The notes: generated by a model not told the origin, from the sequence alone. DNA of 64,000 bases from Leptolyngbyaceae cyanobacterium (GCA_050331235.1 JBHJHA010000035.1:64001-128000), one strand, 5' to 3'. Shown: positions 20,963 through 31,958, counted from the stretch's first letter. Translations and numbers: made by a program.

Positions 20963-22924
20963 TCAAAAGGGGACGTCCTTGCCCGGAGATGAAGATGGCT
21001 TAGCCTGCCGCCCATTGCCAGCTTGGGTAGCTGGGTCAGCCGCTTCATCCTCCTCAAGGTTGACGATCTGACCGTTGAAAAACTCTGCAAAGCTTTTCAC
21101 CGCGCGGTCAATGTCTGACTCTGAACGCCAGTTTTGGGTGCCCGTGGGTGGAGGGGGCTCTGCGGCAGGTGTCGTGGGAGTCAGCGAGTCAACCCCAGAC
21201 GGAGAGTTGGCGATCGCCTCGGCAGGCGGCGGTGAAATTGCGGGAGCGCTCGTCGGTGATGGTGCTGGGGCAAGCGTCGTTGGCGTCGGGGCGGCTGGCG
21301 CTGGTGTCGGGGCCGCGCTACCGGGAGGGGCAGCCGCGACCTCTAAAGAAACTTTGACTGGCTGGTTGAGCAACTGCTGAAACGCGGCTTCGATATTGGG
21401 CAGTTTACTTTGGGCCATTTTAAGCAAGTTGTGGGACTTGATGCCCACTCGGGCAGCCCGACCGCTATAGCTGATCAAATGGCCTTGCTGCTGGAGCAGC
21501 GCCCGAGTGCCCATAGGTTTGACGTTGGCAATAATTTGCGTCCAGAGCGTGACCAAATCAGGGGTGCTCTCGGTGGCGTTGGGGGCGACTGGTGCTGGCT
21601 CTACTACCGGTTCTTCGGGTGGGGGGGATACCGCTGGCTGCGCCTCTGAGGCAGCGGGGCTGGGTGGGGGCGCTGAAGTAATAGTTGAAGCAGGGGGTGG
21701 AGTCGGCGGGGCTGGGGACACTGGAGCCGGCGGATCGGTGCGAGTTGTCGCTGCTTTTGGCGGCGCCGCTGGGCGTGGGGGCGCGGCAGCGACGGGAGCG
21801 GGCGCGATCGCCCCGACCGATGGCGTCGGGACCTGGGCAGAGGGCAGCAGACTCATTAATGTGACTTCCAGCCAGAGTCGCGGCTGAGTCGTGTTGCGCA
21901 GTTGAGTTTCAGCTTCACGCAAAGTTTTTTGTCCGGCCAGCAAAAGCGGCAGTGCCACCGACTGGCCAAATTCCTGCATGGCGGCCCAAGTAGGCGGCGT
22001 CACCGGCACCAAATCAGCCCGAGCCCCCGCTGTTTTGGCAATGATCAAATCGCGGTAAAACCCCGCGAGATTTTGCAGCACGACCATGGGCTCACGGCCT
22101 CGATCCATCAGCCGCCGGACCGTATCTAGCGTGGTGATGCTGTCATCGGCGGCGATCGCTTGCACCAGGGAGAGCAAGTCGCACTCGGGCACCGCCCCCA
22201 CCAAATCCCAAACTTTTTCCGCGTCGATCGGGGGCTCCAACAAACTGAGCTGGTCGAGTAAACTCTGGGCATCCCGTAGTCCCCCTTGGGCAATTTGCGA
22301 GACTAAGCGAATTGCCGCTTCGGTAATCTCGATGTCTTCCCGTTGAGCGATCGCCTGGAGATGAGTCACCATCGCCTCTAAGGGGATGCGGCGAAAGTCG
22401 AAGCGCTGGCAGCGGGAGATGATGGTTGGTAACACCCGCTGCGGATCCGTGGTGGCCAGCACAAAAATGACATGCTCAGGAGGTTCTTCTAGGGTCTTCA
22501 GCAGCGCATTGAACGCCGCCGTGCTGAGCATGTGGCACTCGTCAATGACGTACACCTTGTAGCGGCATTGCACGGGGGCAAACTGAGCCCGTTCAATCAG
22601 CTCCCGAATATTGTCAACGCCGGTATTGCTGGCGGCGTCAATTTCCACAATGTCGAGGATAGATCCGGTGCTGATGCCGCTACAGACCTCGCTCTGACCT
22701 CAGGGTTGGGGGGGCGGGGTGGATTGGTTGAGACAGTTCAATGACTTGGCGAGGATGCGCGCGCTGGAGGTTTTGCCCGTGCCCCGTGGGCCACAAAAGA
22801 GATAGGCTGGGGCGATGCGCTGCTGCTCTAAAGCGTGGCTGAGGGTTTGGGCGATCGCATCTTGTCCCACCAGCTCAGTGAAGGTTTGCGGTCGGTATTT
22901 GTGGTGCAGTGGCTCATATCCCAT
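20963..22924 (-). CDS. dnaX: DNA polymerase III subunit gamma/tau; single in-frame TGA at 22700-22702
   Basis: [38 protein letters not shown]; the two ORF pieces share a frame and read through as [27 protein letters not shown]. Confidence 0.93.
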
Positions 22925-22977
22925 AGCTATACGATACCGGGAGAGTTGAGCCGACGTGGGAAAATCAGATAAAGGTT

Positions 22978-24621
22978 TTATGCGCTGTCTTGGGCGAGGA
23001 AGGCCTGCCAGTTTTGCAGCGCCGCCGCATCGGAAATCACGGCCCGCTGGAGCAATACCAACCCATTGTTGGCATCGATCAGTCCATACTGCTCACTCTC
23101 AATCAGACTGTTGATAAAAGGAACGAAGGTTTCATACCGATCGCGATCGCGACCAAACGCCACTTGATAACGCCGCAACCGCCAAAAGTCAGCGGCGATG
23201 TAGTTCACCGTTGTGGGGACACCGGCATCATTGGCGTAGTCTAGGCGGGGCATGCGCAATACAGCGCGCCGACCAGAGAGATGGGGCACGATGTAAGTGG
23301 AAGCGGTAACGCTGGCTTCAGCAGGAATTTGGGCCAGTAGGTTGTTGATCGCGCCGGCTCGCTGCCACTGGAGCGGTAGCGGCACATATACCCACGGCTG
23401 AAAGGAGTCGGGAATGGCAAAGGCAAAGGCCCGACTGGGATTAGCTAAAGGGACGATGATCAACGAGATAACGAGGCAAACGCTCCAAAATCGGCGAAAG
23501 TTGCGAGCAGGCGATCGCCCCGAAAGCGCTTCTAAAGGCTGACCAAACCGGCGTATCCCTTGTCCCGCCCACCACAGAATGGTGCCGTAAAACATCCCTG
23601 GAACGACATTTAGGGCATAGCGAATGCTGGTATCCAGGCCAGAATCACCGTCAGTCAAGGTCAGCTTGAGCAGTGGTGGCCCCGACATAATCCAGGTGGT
23701 GGGCGATAGTGCTGGAATGAACGCCAGCGGCAGCCAGTGACCTACCAGATACTCCACCGTGCCGCCCAGGGGTGAAAAGAGCTCTCTGATTAACAGTCCT
23801 GGCTGGGAGATCATGGCCCAGATGACCTGCAAGGTAGAGGCTTCTTCGCGATCGATGTATTGCCCAAACTCCTCGATCATGAAGCGCTTGGAAATATCGT
23901 CGGAAAAGAGGGGCATCAGAACGTTGGTCACCAACACAAAATAGCCAACGCTCAGCCCACACACTCCTAGGCCCAGCCAGGGATGGCGACGACTGGTCAA
24001 GAGATAGGCCCCCACACCAAAGAGGGCGATCGCGCTATCCTCGCGCACCGCCAAAATCGCGATGCACAACAGCCCTACCAATCCCCAACGCCGATACTCC
24101 ATCGCCAATAGCAGGCCGAAAATAAACAAGGGAATTTGTCCCAGGTCATGGAAGTTAGCGAGATAAGGATTCAGCACGGCGATCGCGCCGTAAAAGCTCA
24201 CCATGATCGCTAGCGACAAGCGATGGACTAGGTGCTTGCGCGCCAGGCCGTACAGCAGCAGTCCTGCAATTGTGGCAAAAGCCGCCTGCAAGATTGACAA
24301 GGTCACCGGTGAGGGAAGCAGGCGATAAATCGGCCACCAAATCAGTAGAGCTGGGGTAAAGTGTTGCCCCAATCGGCGATAGTCGACCCGCGGCAGCTCA
24401 CCCCCATGGATGACGTTTGTCGACAACTGTGACGACAGTGTGCTTTGAAAGAAGTTGCCGTGGGCGTTGTTCCAAAACACTTGGTTGAAAATGCCCTGGT
24501 CGTAGGAGGCGTAATAGGTGAAATAGCGGTGCAGCAACAACCCGGCCATGAGTAGAAAAAAGCCCAGGGCGATCGCCATGACTCGCCGTGTATCCGCTTC
24601 TTTACGCCAACTCAACAACAT
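22978..24621 (-). CDS. DUF2079 family membrane protein (GT-C-like glycosyltransferase)
   Basis: [28 protein letters not shown]; many TM helices. Confidence 0.85.
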   Translation of the reverse strand: MLLSWRKEADTRRVMAIALGFFLLMAGLLLHRYFTYYASYDQGIFNQVFWNNAHGNFFQSTLSSQLSTNVIHGGELPRVDYRRLGQHFTPALLIWWPIYRLLPSPVTLSILQAAFATIAGLLLYGLARKHLVHRLSLAIMVSFYGAIAVLNPYLANFHDLGQIPLFIFGLLLAMEYRRWGLVGLLCIAILAVREDSAIALFGVGAYLLTSRRHPWLGLGVCGLSVGYFVLVTNVLMPLFSDDISKRFMIEEFGQYIDREEASTLQVIWAMISQPGLLIRELFSPLGGTVEYLVGHWLPLAFIPALSPTTWIMSGPPLLKLTLTDGDSGLDTSIRYALNVVPGMFYGTILWWAGQGIRRFGQPLEALSGRSPARNFRRFWSVCLVISLIIVPLANPSRAFAFAIPDSFQPWVYVPLPLQWQRAGAINNLLAQIPAEASVTASTYIVPHLSGRRAVLRMPRLDYANDAGVPTTVNYIAADFWRLRRYQVAFGRDRDRYETFVPFINSLIESEQYGLIDANNGLVLLQRAVISDAAALQNWQAFLAQDSA

Positions 24622-24855
24622 GCTGTGACTGCCAATCTGTATTGATGGAAAAACGCCTGCTCCGTAGAATAGCGTTTCTTTGACTGCCCCCTTACAAAAT
24701 GTATGAATGTGTGGGGCGGTATCTCAGTTACGGAGTCCAGGATGAACCCCCATTCCCCGTTGAGTTCCTCTACTGCTTGTTGCCCATTGTAGTGCTGTTA
24801 GCAGGAATAATTGCGGAGCTGATATAAGGTGAGCGGTAATGCAATGAGCCGGGCA

Positions 24856-25350
24856 ATGAGCAACTATCCAAGAGCGTTCTCACATATCGGGATTTCTGTA
24901 CCCAATGTCGAACAGGCCGTTGAGTTTTATCAGGCGGTCATGGGGTGGTATCTGATTATGCGACCAACCGTGATCACCGAAGAGTCGGCCACTTCTATCG
25001 GTCAGATGTGCATAGATGTCTTTGGCACTGGCTGGGGATCATTCAAAATCGCGCACATGTCTACTGGCGACAGAATTGGCGTGGAAATGTTTGAGTTTCA
25101 GAACAATGAGAAACCAACGGATTTTGAGTACTGGAAAACCAGCACATTTCATTTTTGTATACAGGATCCAGATATTGAAGGTCTAGTGGAAAAAATTGTT
25201 GCCCACGGTGGTAAACAACGCATGCCTATTCGTGAATACTATCCCGGCGAAAAGCCATACCGCATGGTTTACGTCGAAGATCCATTTGGCCTCATTTTTG
25301 AAGTTTATTCCCATAGCTACGAACTGACCTACTCGCAAGGCGCTTATTGA
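24856..25350 (+). CDS. VOC/glyoxalase (lactoylglutathione lyase-like) protein
   Basis: FSHIGISVP, GVEMFEF, FHFCIQDPD, YVEDPFGLIFEVY; start uncertain. Confidence 0.9.
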   Translation: MSNYPRAFSHIGISVPNVEQAVEFYQAVMGWYLIMRPTVITEESATSIGQMCIDVFGTGWGSFKIAHMSTGDRIGVEMFEFQNNEKPTDFEYWKTSTFHFCIQDPDIEGLVEKIVAHGGKQRMPIREYYPGEKPYRMVYVEDPFGLIFEVYSHSYELTYSQGAY

Positions 25351-25499
25351 CAAGACCGTTTCTCACGTAGATTCTCTCTGTGATTGGATAATTGGCTCGC
25401 AATATCGAGGTATGGCCGGGTTTGACTAAGTAGGACAGATTTCCCTGGAGAAGCGGCTTGGTCGTCTAGGATGGGGAGAGATCTGAAGTTGGCATCGGC

Positions 25500-27269
25500 A
25501 TGGCGCGTTCAAATCAGTCTGCCCAGGGAAACTGGCATCTCAAGAAACTGGGGGAATATCTGCGCCCCCATTGGAAGCAACTAGGCTTAGGGATCGCTGC
25601 GCTTTTGCTAGTCAACCTTGTCGGCGTGCGGATTCCGCTATTGATTCGTGATGGTATTGACGAGCTGCAGGTCACCTTTAGCTTTAACCAGATTGCTTAC
25701 TACGCCATTGTGGTGCTAGTGCTGGCGTCATTAATGTGGGTCATGCGTATGGCCTCTCGTATCTGGATTTTTGGGGTGGGGCGGCAAGTCGAGTTTGATC
25801 TAAAGCAGCGCATCTTTGAACATTTGCTCAAGATGGAGCCCAGTTACTTCGCCACCAATACCATTGGCGAACTCATCAGTCGGGCAACTAGCGATGTGGA
25901 TAATGTGCGGCGCTTAGTCGGATTTGCGGTGCTGAGTCTAGCGAATACGCTATTTGCCTATGCCTTTACTGTGCCGGTGATGCTGTCACTCAGCGTACGG
26001 TTGACTGTCGTGGCTTTAGTGGTTTACCCGGTGATGTTGATCTTAGTGCGGTTGTTTAGCGATCGCCTCCGCAACCAGCAGCTCCGGGTGCAGCAGTCAA
26101 CGTCGCGGCTTAGCGAACTGATTCAGGAAGATCTCAGTGGCATCTCGCTGATTAAGATCTATGCCCAGGAAGAAAACGAGCGCCAGGCCTTTGCTGAGCT
26201 CAATGACGATTTGCTCGACGCCAACCTCACCCTAGCCCGGACCCGGAATACCTTGTTTCCCTTGCTGGGCGGCCTAGCAAGTATTAGCCTACTGTTGATT
26301 CTGGCGACGGGGGCCGGAGCGATTGCCGACGGCTTCCTGTCCGTTGGTGACTTCGTAGCCATGGTGTTATATGTGGAGCGGCTGGTCTTTCCCACTGCGC
26401 TGCTGGGCTTTACGATTACGGCCTATCAGCGGGGCGAGGTCAGTATTGACCGGGTCGAGGCGATTCTCGCGAGTGAGCCCAAGATTTTTGATGCCTCGAC
26501 TGCGCAGCCGCTGCCGGAAATAATCCAGGGACGGCTGCAGGCAAAGGATTTGAGCTTTGCCTATGCTGATGGCTCGGTGCCTGCGTTGAATGGTGTTTCG
26601 TTTACCATTCAGCCGGGGGAAACGGTTGCTATTGTGGGACCGATTGGTTCAGGCAAGTCGACTTTGGCGAATGCCCTACCGCGACTGCTCGACATTGAGC
26701 CGGGGCAGATTTTCCTCGACGGTCAGGACATTACGGACATGCCGCTGGCCAATTTGCGCTCTGCGATCGCCTACGTTCCCCAGGAGAGCTTTCTCTTTAG
26801 CACCACCATTAATAACAACATTCGCTATGGCGAACCGTTGGCCGAATTAGCAGAGGTTCAACACGCGGCCAAACTGTCTCAAATCGCGCCGGAAATTGAC
26901 AACTTTCCCAAGCAATATGACACCGTTGTTGGCGAACGGGGCATTACACTATCGGGCGGGCAGCGACAGCGCTCAGCCCTGGCGCGGGCGCTGATATTAG
27001 AAGCACCTGTTGTCGTGCTAGATGATGCCCTTTCCAGTGTTGACAATCAAACCGCCACCGATATTTTGAACAACCTCAAAACGGGAACGCAAAATCAAAC
27101 GGTGATTTTTATCTCCCATCAAATGGGCGTGGCGGCTCTGTCTGATCGCATCATGGTGATGGATCAAGGGAAAATCGCTCAGATCGGCACCCATGACGAG
27201 CTTGTGCGACAGCCGGGGCTGTATCAGGAACTCTGGGAGCAGCACAAGCTGGAAGAAGTGCTGCTGTAG
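25500..27269 (+). CDS. ABC exporter, fused permease and ATP-binding domains
   Basis: TM domain followed by GPIGSGKST, LSGGQRQR, LDDALSSVD. Confidence 0.95.
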   Translation: MARSNQSAQGNWHLKKLGEYLRPHWKQLGLGIAALLLVNLVGVRIPLLIRDGIDELQVTFSFNQIAYYAIVVLVLASLMWVMRMASRIWIFGVGRQVEFDLKQRIFEHLLKMEPSYFATNTIGELISRATSDVDNVRRLVGFAVLSLANTLFAYAFTVPVMLSLSVRLTVVALVVYPVMLILVRLFSDRLRNQQLRVQQSTSRLSELIQEDLSGISLIKIYAQEENERQAFAELNDDLLDANLTLARTRNTLFPLLGGLASISLLLILATGAGAIADGFLSVGDFVAMVLYVERLVFPTALLGFTITAYQRGEVSIDRVEAILASEPKIFDASTAQPLPEIIQGRLQAKDLSFAYADGSVPALNGVSFTIQPGETVAIVGPIGSGKSTLANALPRLLDIEPGQIFLDGQDITDMPLANLRSAIAYVPQESFLFSTTINNNIRYGEPLAELAEVQHAAKLSQIAPEIDNFPKQYDTVVGERGITLSGGQRQRSALARALILEAPVVVLDDALSSVDNQTATDILNNLKTGTQNQTVIFISHQMGVAALSDRIMVMDQGKIAQIGTHDELVRQPGLYQELWEQHKLEEVLL

Positions 27270-27394
27270 GACTTTGGGGTGACTAAGGGAGGCGATTGCG
27301 CGGCTGCCCCGGTCTAGAAAAAATGTGTGTATTTCGCCGCTTCTGGTCGAGGGGCTTGCACAATAGGAGCGATTGGTGTTGTGCCTAATGGGCG

Positions 27395-28306
27395 ATGCTT
27401 ATGCAACGGTTGCGACGATTTTGTTTGGCCTTGGGGGTTGGTTTAGGGCTGACGCTACTTTTGTCTCTGGGTAGCTGCAACCAAAGCGCCACTGTGTCTG
27501 GTGGTCCTAGTCGGTTAGTGATCGGGGTCGTAAGCTATAACCAAGGCGTTGACTCTGTTGAGGCCTACGCGCCATTTGAGCAATATTTAGAAGAAGCGTT
27601 GGGCACCCAAGTCGAGTTTGAGCCGGTCTTTAATGAACTTCGCGCGGTGGAACAGATTGAGTCCCAGGCTTGGGACTTGGCTTTTGCGCCAGCGGGGTTG
27701 GCGGCGATCGCCGTCGATGATGCCCAATATGTGCCGCTATTTCCGCTCCAGGGCAACCCAAAACAGCGATCGCTCGTTATCGTCCCGACGGAGAGTAACG
27801 CTCAAACTTTGTCTGACTTGGCCAATCAGGCGATCGCCCTGGGTGAACCGGGCTCCGCTACTGGCTACTACCTGCCCCTCTATGACCTGTATGGCATGAC
27901 GTTAGCCGAGATTCGCTTTGCCCCAACGCCTAAAACTGTGCTGGACTGGGTCGATACCGAGGACGTGGCTGCCGGAGCCCTGTCAGAAGAAAACTTTCAG
28001 CAATATCGTAATGGATTCGACACCGGTCGCTTTCGGGTGCTGCACGAGACCCGCGTGGTCAATAACGGGGCCGTATTGTTGAGTCCGGCGATCGAGCGCA
28101 ATCAGCAGCGGTTGATCGAGGATGCGATGCAGGCAGCGCCTTCCAACATTGCGTTTGATGCTGGCTATATCGCCAATGCACCGCCTCCGGCCTTTGACCA
28201 ACTGATCCAACTGGTTGATAAAGTCCGCCCGTTGGAAAAGCAGGTGCAGCAGCAACCCGCTGTTCTCACTCTTGATACCGCTACGCCGGCCGCTAACGGT
28301 GAATAA
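27395..28306 (+). CDS. PhnD-like phosphate/phosphonate-type substrate-binding lipoprotein (no transporter genes adjacent)
   Basis: Lipobox-like LGSC; ALGEPGSATGYYLP motif. Confidence 0.85.
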   Translation: MLMQRLRRFCLALGVGLGLTLLLSLGSCNQSATVSGGPSRLVIGVVSYNQGVDSVEAYAPFEQYLEEALGTQVEFEPVFNELRAVEQIESQAWDLAFAPAGLAAIAVDDAQYVPLFPLQGNPKQRSLVIVPTESNAQTLSDLANQAIALGEPGSATGYYLPLYDLYGMTLAEIRFAPTPKTVLDWVDTEDVAAGALSEENFQQYRNGFDTGRFRVLHETRVVNNGAVLLSPAIERNQQRLIEDAMQAAPSNIAFDAGYIANAPPPAFDQLIQLVDKVRPLEKQVQQQPAVLTLDTATPAANGE

Positions 28307-28577
28307 ATGGAAACTGGCGATCGCTCGTCCGATTCGCCATTGTGTGGGCTTGTGGACAAAACGGATGAGTCAACACAACATTTAGGAACGCATGAGCTAC
28401 GGTATGGAAATAGTGGGGAACGGTAGCCGGGCCAGGCAATGCATTTACCCCTATCCTTAAGCCCACTTTTTTAACTGGCCTATCGGTTAGCGTTAGCAAA
28501 TCCAAGTATCAGGGTTGAAGTATCGAGTATTGACACTGATCTCTTAGAGGTCTGGCACTGGCTGATCCTACCTGACC

Positions 28578-30749
28578 ATGAATCATTCCCTTTCTGACAA
28601 CTCTCAGGGACAGCGCACCCTGGCGGCGATTATTTTGACCGATGCGGTCGGCTTTAGCGCGCGGATGTCTGTGGATGAGGAGAATACCCTCAATCTGATT
28701 CATCGTGATTTGGGTCTGATGGAGGCCTTGTGCAAACGCTTTGAAGGGCGAGTTATCAAGTCCACCGGCGATGGCCTATTGATGTGCTTTTCGAGTGCTG
28801 TGCAGGCGGTGAGCTGTAGCTTGGAAATGCAGCATCAACTGGCTGCAGCCTATCAAGCGGTGACGGTAGATGAGCAACTGCAGCATCGCATTGGCGTTCA
28901 CCTGGGCGATGTCTTTTTTAAGAATGATGACGTCATGGGCAATGGTGTTAACATTGCGGCCCGATTACAAACGGAAGCTCATCCGGGGGGAATTTGCATT
29001 TCTCAAATTGTTTACGATGTGGTGAAGTCACGGCTCGACCTCAACGCTACCTATGCGGGGCCGCTGCACTTAAAAAATATTCACGACCCTCAACCGGCTT
29101 ACCATATTGACCCTTTCAACAAAGCTGAGGTGTCACCCTCCCAGATGCCGACCATGCGGGAGGGGAGCGACGCAATGGTGGCTCCACGCAGTGAACGATC
29201 GCCAGTAACCCACCGCGCAAAACTGGGTCCCGGTTGTATGGTGGGCGGCCGCTACGAGATTCAGCGGATTTTGGGGCAGGGGGGGTTTGGCCGGTCATAC
29301 TTGGTCGAAGATTCCCAACGGTTTGGTGAAAACTGTGTGTTGAAGGAGTTCTTTCCCCGCAATGCCTCGAAGCGATCGCAGCAAAAGGCCCTTGACCTAT
29401 TCAAACGAGAGGCCAAAACCCTCTATCAAATCAATCACCCCCAGGTGCCTAAGTTTCTGGCGGGGTTTACCCAAGAGCAGCGGCTGTTCATCGTGCAGGA
29501 ATATGTCGATGGCGTCACCTATTCCCACTTGCTCAAGGAGCGGAAGCGCAACGGGCGAGTTTTTTCTGAGCTTGAGGTGAAGCGCTGGCTCATTCACATG
29601 CTACAGGTGCTGGACTATTTGCATGGTCTCAACATCGTGCACCGCGATATCTCGCCTGACAACGTGATGTACTGCCGCGAACGAGACCTGCCCATCTTGA
29701 TTGACTTTGGTCTGGTCAATGATGCGATGAACGAGATTTTGTCAGGTGAAGTGGATGATGACGATTCACCCCGCTCCGCTACGGTGGTGGGCAAGTTTGG
29801 CTACTCACCACCGGAGCAAATCCAGCTAGGCCAGTGCTTTCCCTGTAGCGACCTCTATGCATTGGGGGTGACTGCGGTGGTGCTGCTCACGGGACGTTAC
29901 CCCCGCGAACTGATGGATCGCAACACTTTGGAGTGGCACTGGGAAGACCATGTGTCACTCAGTTACCCGTTTACGGGATTGCTCGACAAGCTGATGCATC
30001 GGCAGCCCCAAGAGCGGTTTCAATCTGCCCAGGCCGTGCTAGAGGCCTTGACGCCACTGCTGGATGCCGATGAGGTGAGTTCGCCCCTGCCCCAGTCAAT
30101 GCTGACCATGACCCGCATTGACCTATCTCCGGATCCTCAAGCAGCTCCAGAGTTCAACGCGCCGATGCAGTTGGGCCGCCCCTCGATGTTACAAAATGAG
30201 GCGTTTGTTGAGCGCTGCCGCCAAGAGCTCACACGCTGCATTGGGCCAATGGCAACCCTCATTGTGGAGGATACGATTGACCAATATCCCGATGCTAGCC
30301 CCCATGAACTAGTGGAAATCTTGGCCGCTCAGCTCTCTGATGGTAAGCAGGCGGAGCAGTTTGTGAGCAATGTCCACATCGCCCCGTCTACCCCTGCTGG
30401 CCGGAGCGACCTCACGGTCAATCAATCAGCCTCGCGATCGCCCAATACCCAACAGCTCTCGAGTAAAGCGGTCCGTCCTAGTGACATTCCCTCGGCGGAG
30501 CTGGCGGTCAGCGGCGACCCTGCAGCCACACCAATAAATTCTCAGCCTGCGTCTGGGTTGAGTTCAGACTTCATTGACCGCTGTCGACAAACCTTGGTGC
30601 GCTGTGTGGGGCCGATGGCAACCATGCTCCTCGAGGATGCCCTGTTCGATTATTCCCATCTAGGGCCGCAGGCGTTTGTCGAACAGCTAGCGCGAGAAAT
30701 TCCCGATCCGAAAAAGGCCCAGGAATTTCAGCAGCAACTATTGGGATAA
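28578..30749 (+). CDS. Class III nucleotide cyclase fused to a Hanks-type Ser/Thr kinase, with duplicated C-terminal helical domain
   Basis: Cyclase motifs LTDAVGFS, IKSTGDG, DVMGNGVNIAARLQ; kinase motifs LGQGGFG, VLKE, HRDISPDN, DFG, SPPEQ. Confidence 0.92.
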   Translation: MNHSLSDNSQGQRTLAAIILTDAVGFSARMSVDEENTLNLIHRDLGLMEALCKRFEGRVIKSTGDGLLMCFSSAVQAVSCSLEMQHQLAAAYQAVTVDEQLQHRIGVHLGDVFFKNDDVMGNGVNIAARLQTEAHPGGICISQIVYDVVKSRLDLNATYAGPLHLKNIHDPQPAYHIDPFNKAEVSPSQMPTMREGSDAMVAPRSERSPVTHRAKLGPGCMVGGRYEIQRILGQGGFGRSYLVEDSQRFGENCVLKEFFPRNASKRSQQKALDLFKREAKTLYQINHPQVPKFLAGFTQEQRLFIVQEYVDGVTYSHLLKERKRNGRVFSELEVKRWLIHMLQVLDYLHGLNIVHRDISPDNVMYCRERDLPILIDFGLVNDAMNEILSGEVDDDDSPRSATVVGKFGYSPPEQIQLGQCFPCSDLYALGVTAVVLLTGRYPRELMDRNTLEWHWEDHVSLSYPFTGLLDKLMHRQPQERFQSAQAVLEALTPLLDADEVSSPLPQSMLTMTRIDLSPDPQAAPEFNAPMQLGRPSMLQNEAFVERCRQELTRCIGPMATLIVEDTIDQYPDASPHELVEILAAQLSDGKQAEQFVSNVHIAPSTPAGRSDLTVNQSASRSPNTQQLSSKAVRPSDIPSAELAVSGDPAATPINSQPASGLSSDFIDRCRQTLVRCVGPMATMLLEDALFDYSHLGPQAFVEQLAREIPDPKKAQEFQQQLLG

Positions 30750-31679
30750 ATCATTGGCAGAGCTGCCCCGGCGACCTTCGCGGTAGCGCTCGAGCCGCTG
30801 CATCGCCATCTGCAGGCTCAGTCGCATTCGATTGAAAGCCTCAGCCAGTTTGCCCACTTCGTCTTGGGAGTCTTGGGTAAATTCGGCTTCGGTATCGCCC
30901 ATGCTGACTGCCTCAGCGACCTGGGCCATACGGTTGAGCGGCCGCACCACAAACCGCTTGAGCCAGAGATTAACTAAAATAATCGCGATCGCAAACGCGA
31001 TAACAAAGATGCCCAAAATCAACAGTAGCGACTGCCGAGCCCCACGGATGACGCGTTCTGCCGGGACGGAAATCATTTGCGCCCCAACGATTTCATCTAG
31101 TTCCCAATTGAACCCGTTGTCCGGACCGTAGCGCTCGATCATGCTGGCAGGAGCGGCTTCGGGGATGCTATGACATTCTAAGCAGCTCTGCTGTTGGATC
31201 TGAATGGGGCGAGCGATGTAATACAAGTCCCCCGCTGGTGTGCTTCGAAATCCACTGACTTGGGTAGCCTGATTGGTATTTTGACGAAAGTTATTGACGA
31301 TCGCCGCTTCAAAGGCGTCGGCTTTGTCCCTCAGATTAGTCGGGTTCAAGGTTGCTTCTTTGTAAAAGAAATCGCCGTATTCCGGATTGAGACGAAAGGT
31401 CTCAAATACCTCACGGGCCGAGTAAGCAGGGACACTTTCTGGTAAAAACTCAGCTTCGAGGCGATCAGCGATTTCCGGTTTGACGTGGTCGTTGGTGTAG
31501 GTGCGGATGGAGTTCATGGTTTCCATCAGCATCAGGGCTTTGGTGGTGAGTTGGCCTTGGGTACTCCGATTGAGCACCGAAGACAGCGCCAGGCTGCTTG
31601 CCAGCACTCCCCCTAAGAAAACCAGCACCAGCAAAAGCGTAAACTTTTGACCTAATTGCAAATTTTTGAGCTTTATCAT
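30738..31679 (-). CDS. DUF3365 (Tll0287-like) c-type heme sensor with HAMP domain and no output domain
   Basis: TM, then YKEATLNPTNLRDKAD and CLECH, second TM, HAMP (RPL...DEVGKLAEAFNRM), short tail. Confidence 0.9.
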   Translation of the reverse strand: MIKLKNLQLGQKFTLLLVLVFLGGVLASSLALSSVLNRSTQGQLTTKALMLMETMNSIRTYTNDHVKPEIADRLEAEFLPESVPAYSAREVFETFRLNPEYGDFFYKEATLNPTNLRDKADAFEAAIVNNFRQNTNQATQVSGFRSTPAGDLYYIARPIQIQQQSCLECHSIPEAAPASMIERYGPDNGFNWELDEIVGAQMISVPAERVIRGARQSLLLILGIFVIAFAIAIILVNLWLKRFVVRPLNRMAQVAEAVSMGDTEAEFTQDSQDEVGKLAEAFNRMRLSLQMAMQRLERYREGRRGSSANDLSQ

Positions 31680-31958
31680 TGGCTTAGAACAAACTTTAAA
31701 GGGGCTCTGTAGTCATACAGGAGCGTTGAGCACATTCCACATGGGTGGATGAATTTGTGCATTTAGCTGGGCTAGGCGGCACTGCCCAAAGCTGTGCTCA
31801 CGTCCTCTCGCTGTCGATAGATTTTTTTGATTTGCACCCTTCTCCCATATAGGCACGGAGTTTCGCAAACCCGATAAAAGTTTTGCTTAATTTCACAGAC
31901 GAAGATGGCAGGCTGAAACTGTGAGCCGTCGCTAATTTCTACCAGTGGTGGGAGATGC

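Noticed and set aside
21075..21887. Gly/Ala-rich plus-strand ORFs
   Set aside because: Antisense shadows of the Pro/Ala-rich linkers of DnaX
22520..22545. Intein or programmed frameshift in dnaX
   Set aside because: IDECHML is continuous with no insertion, and the two ORF pieces are in the same frame
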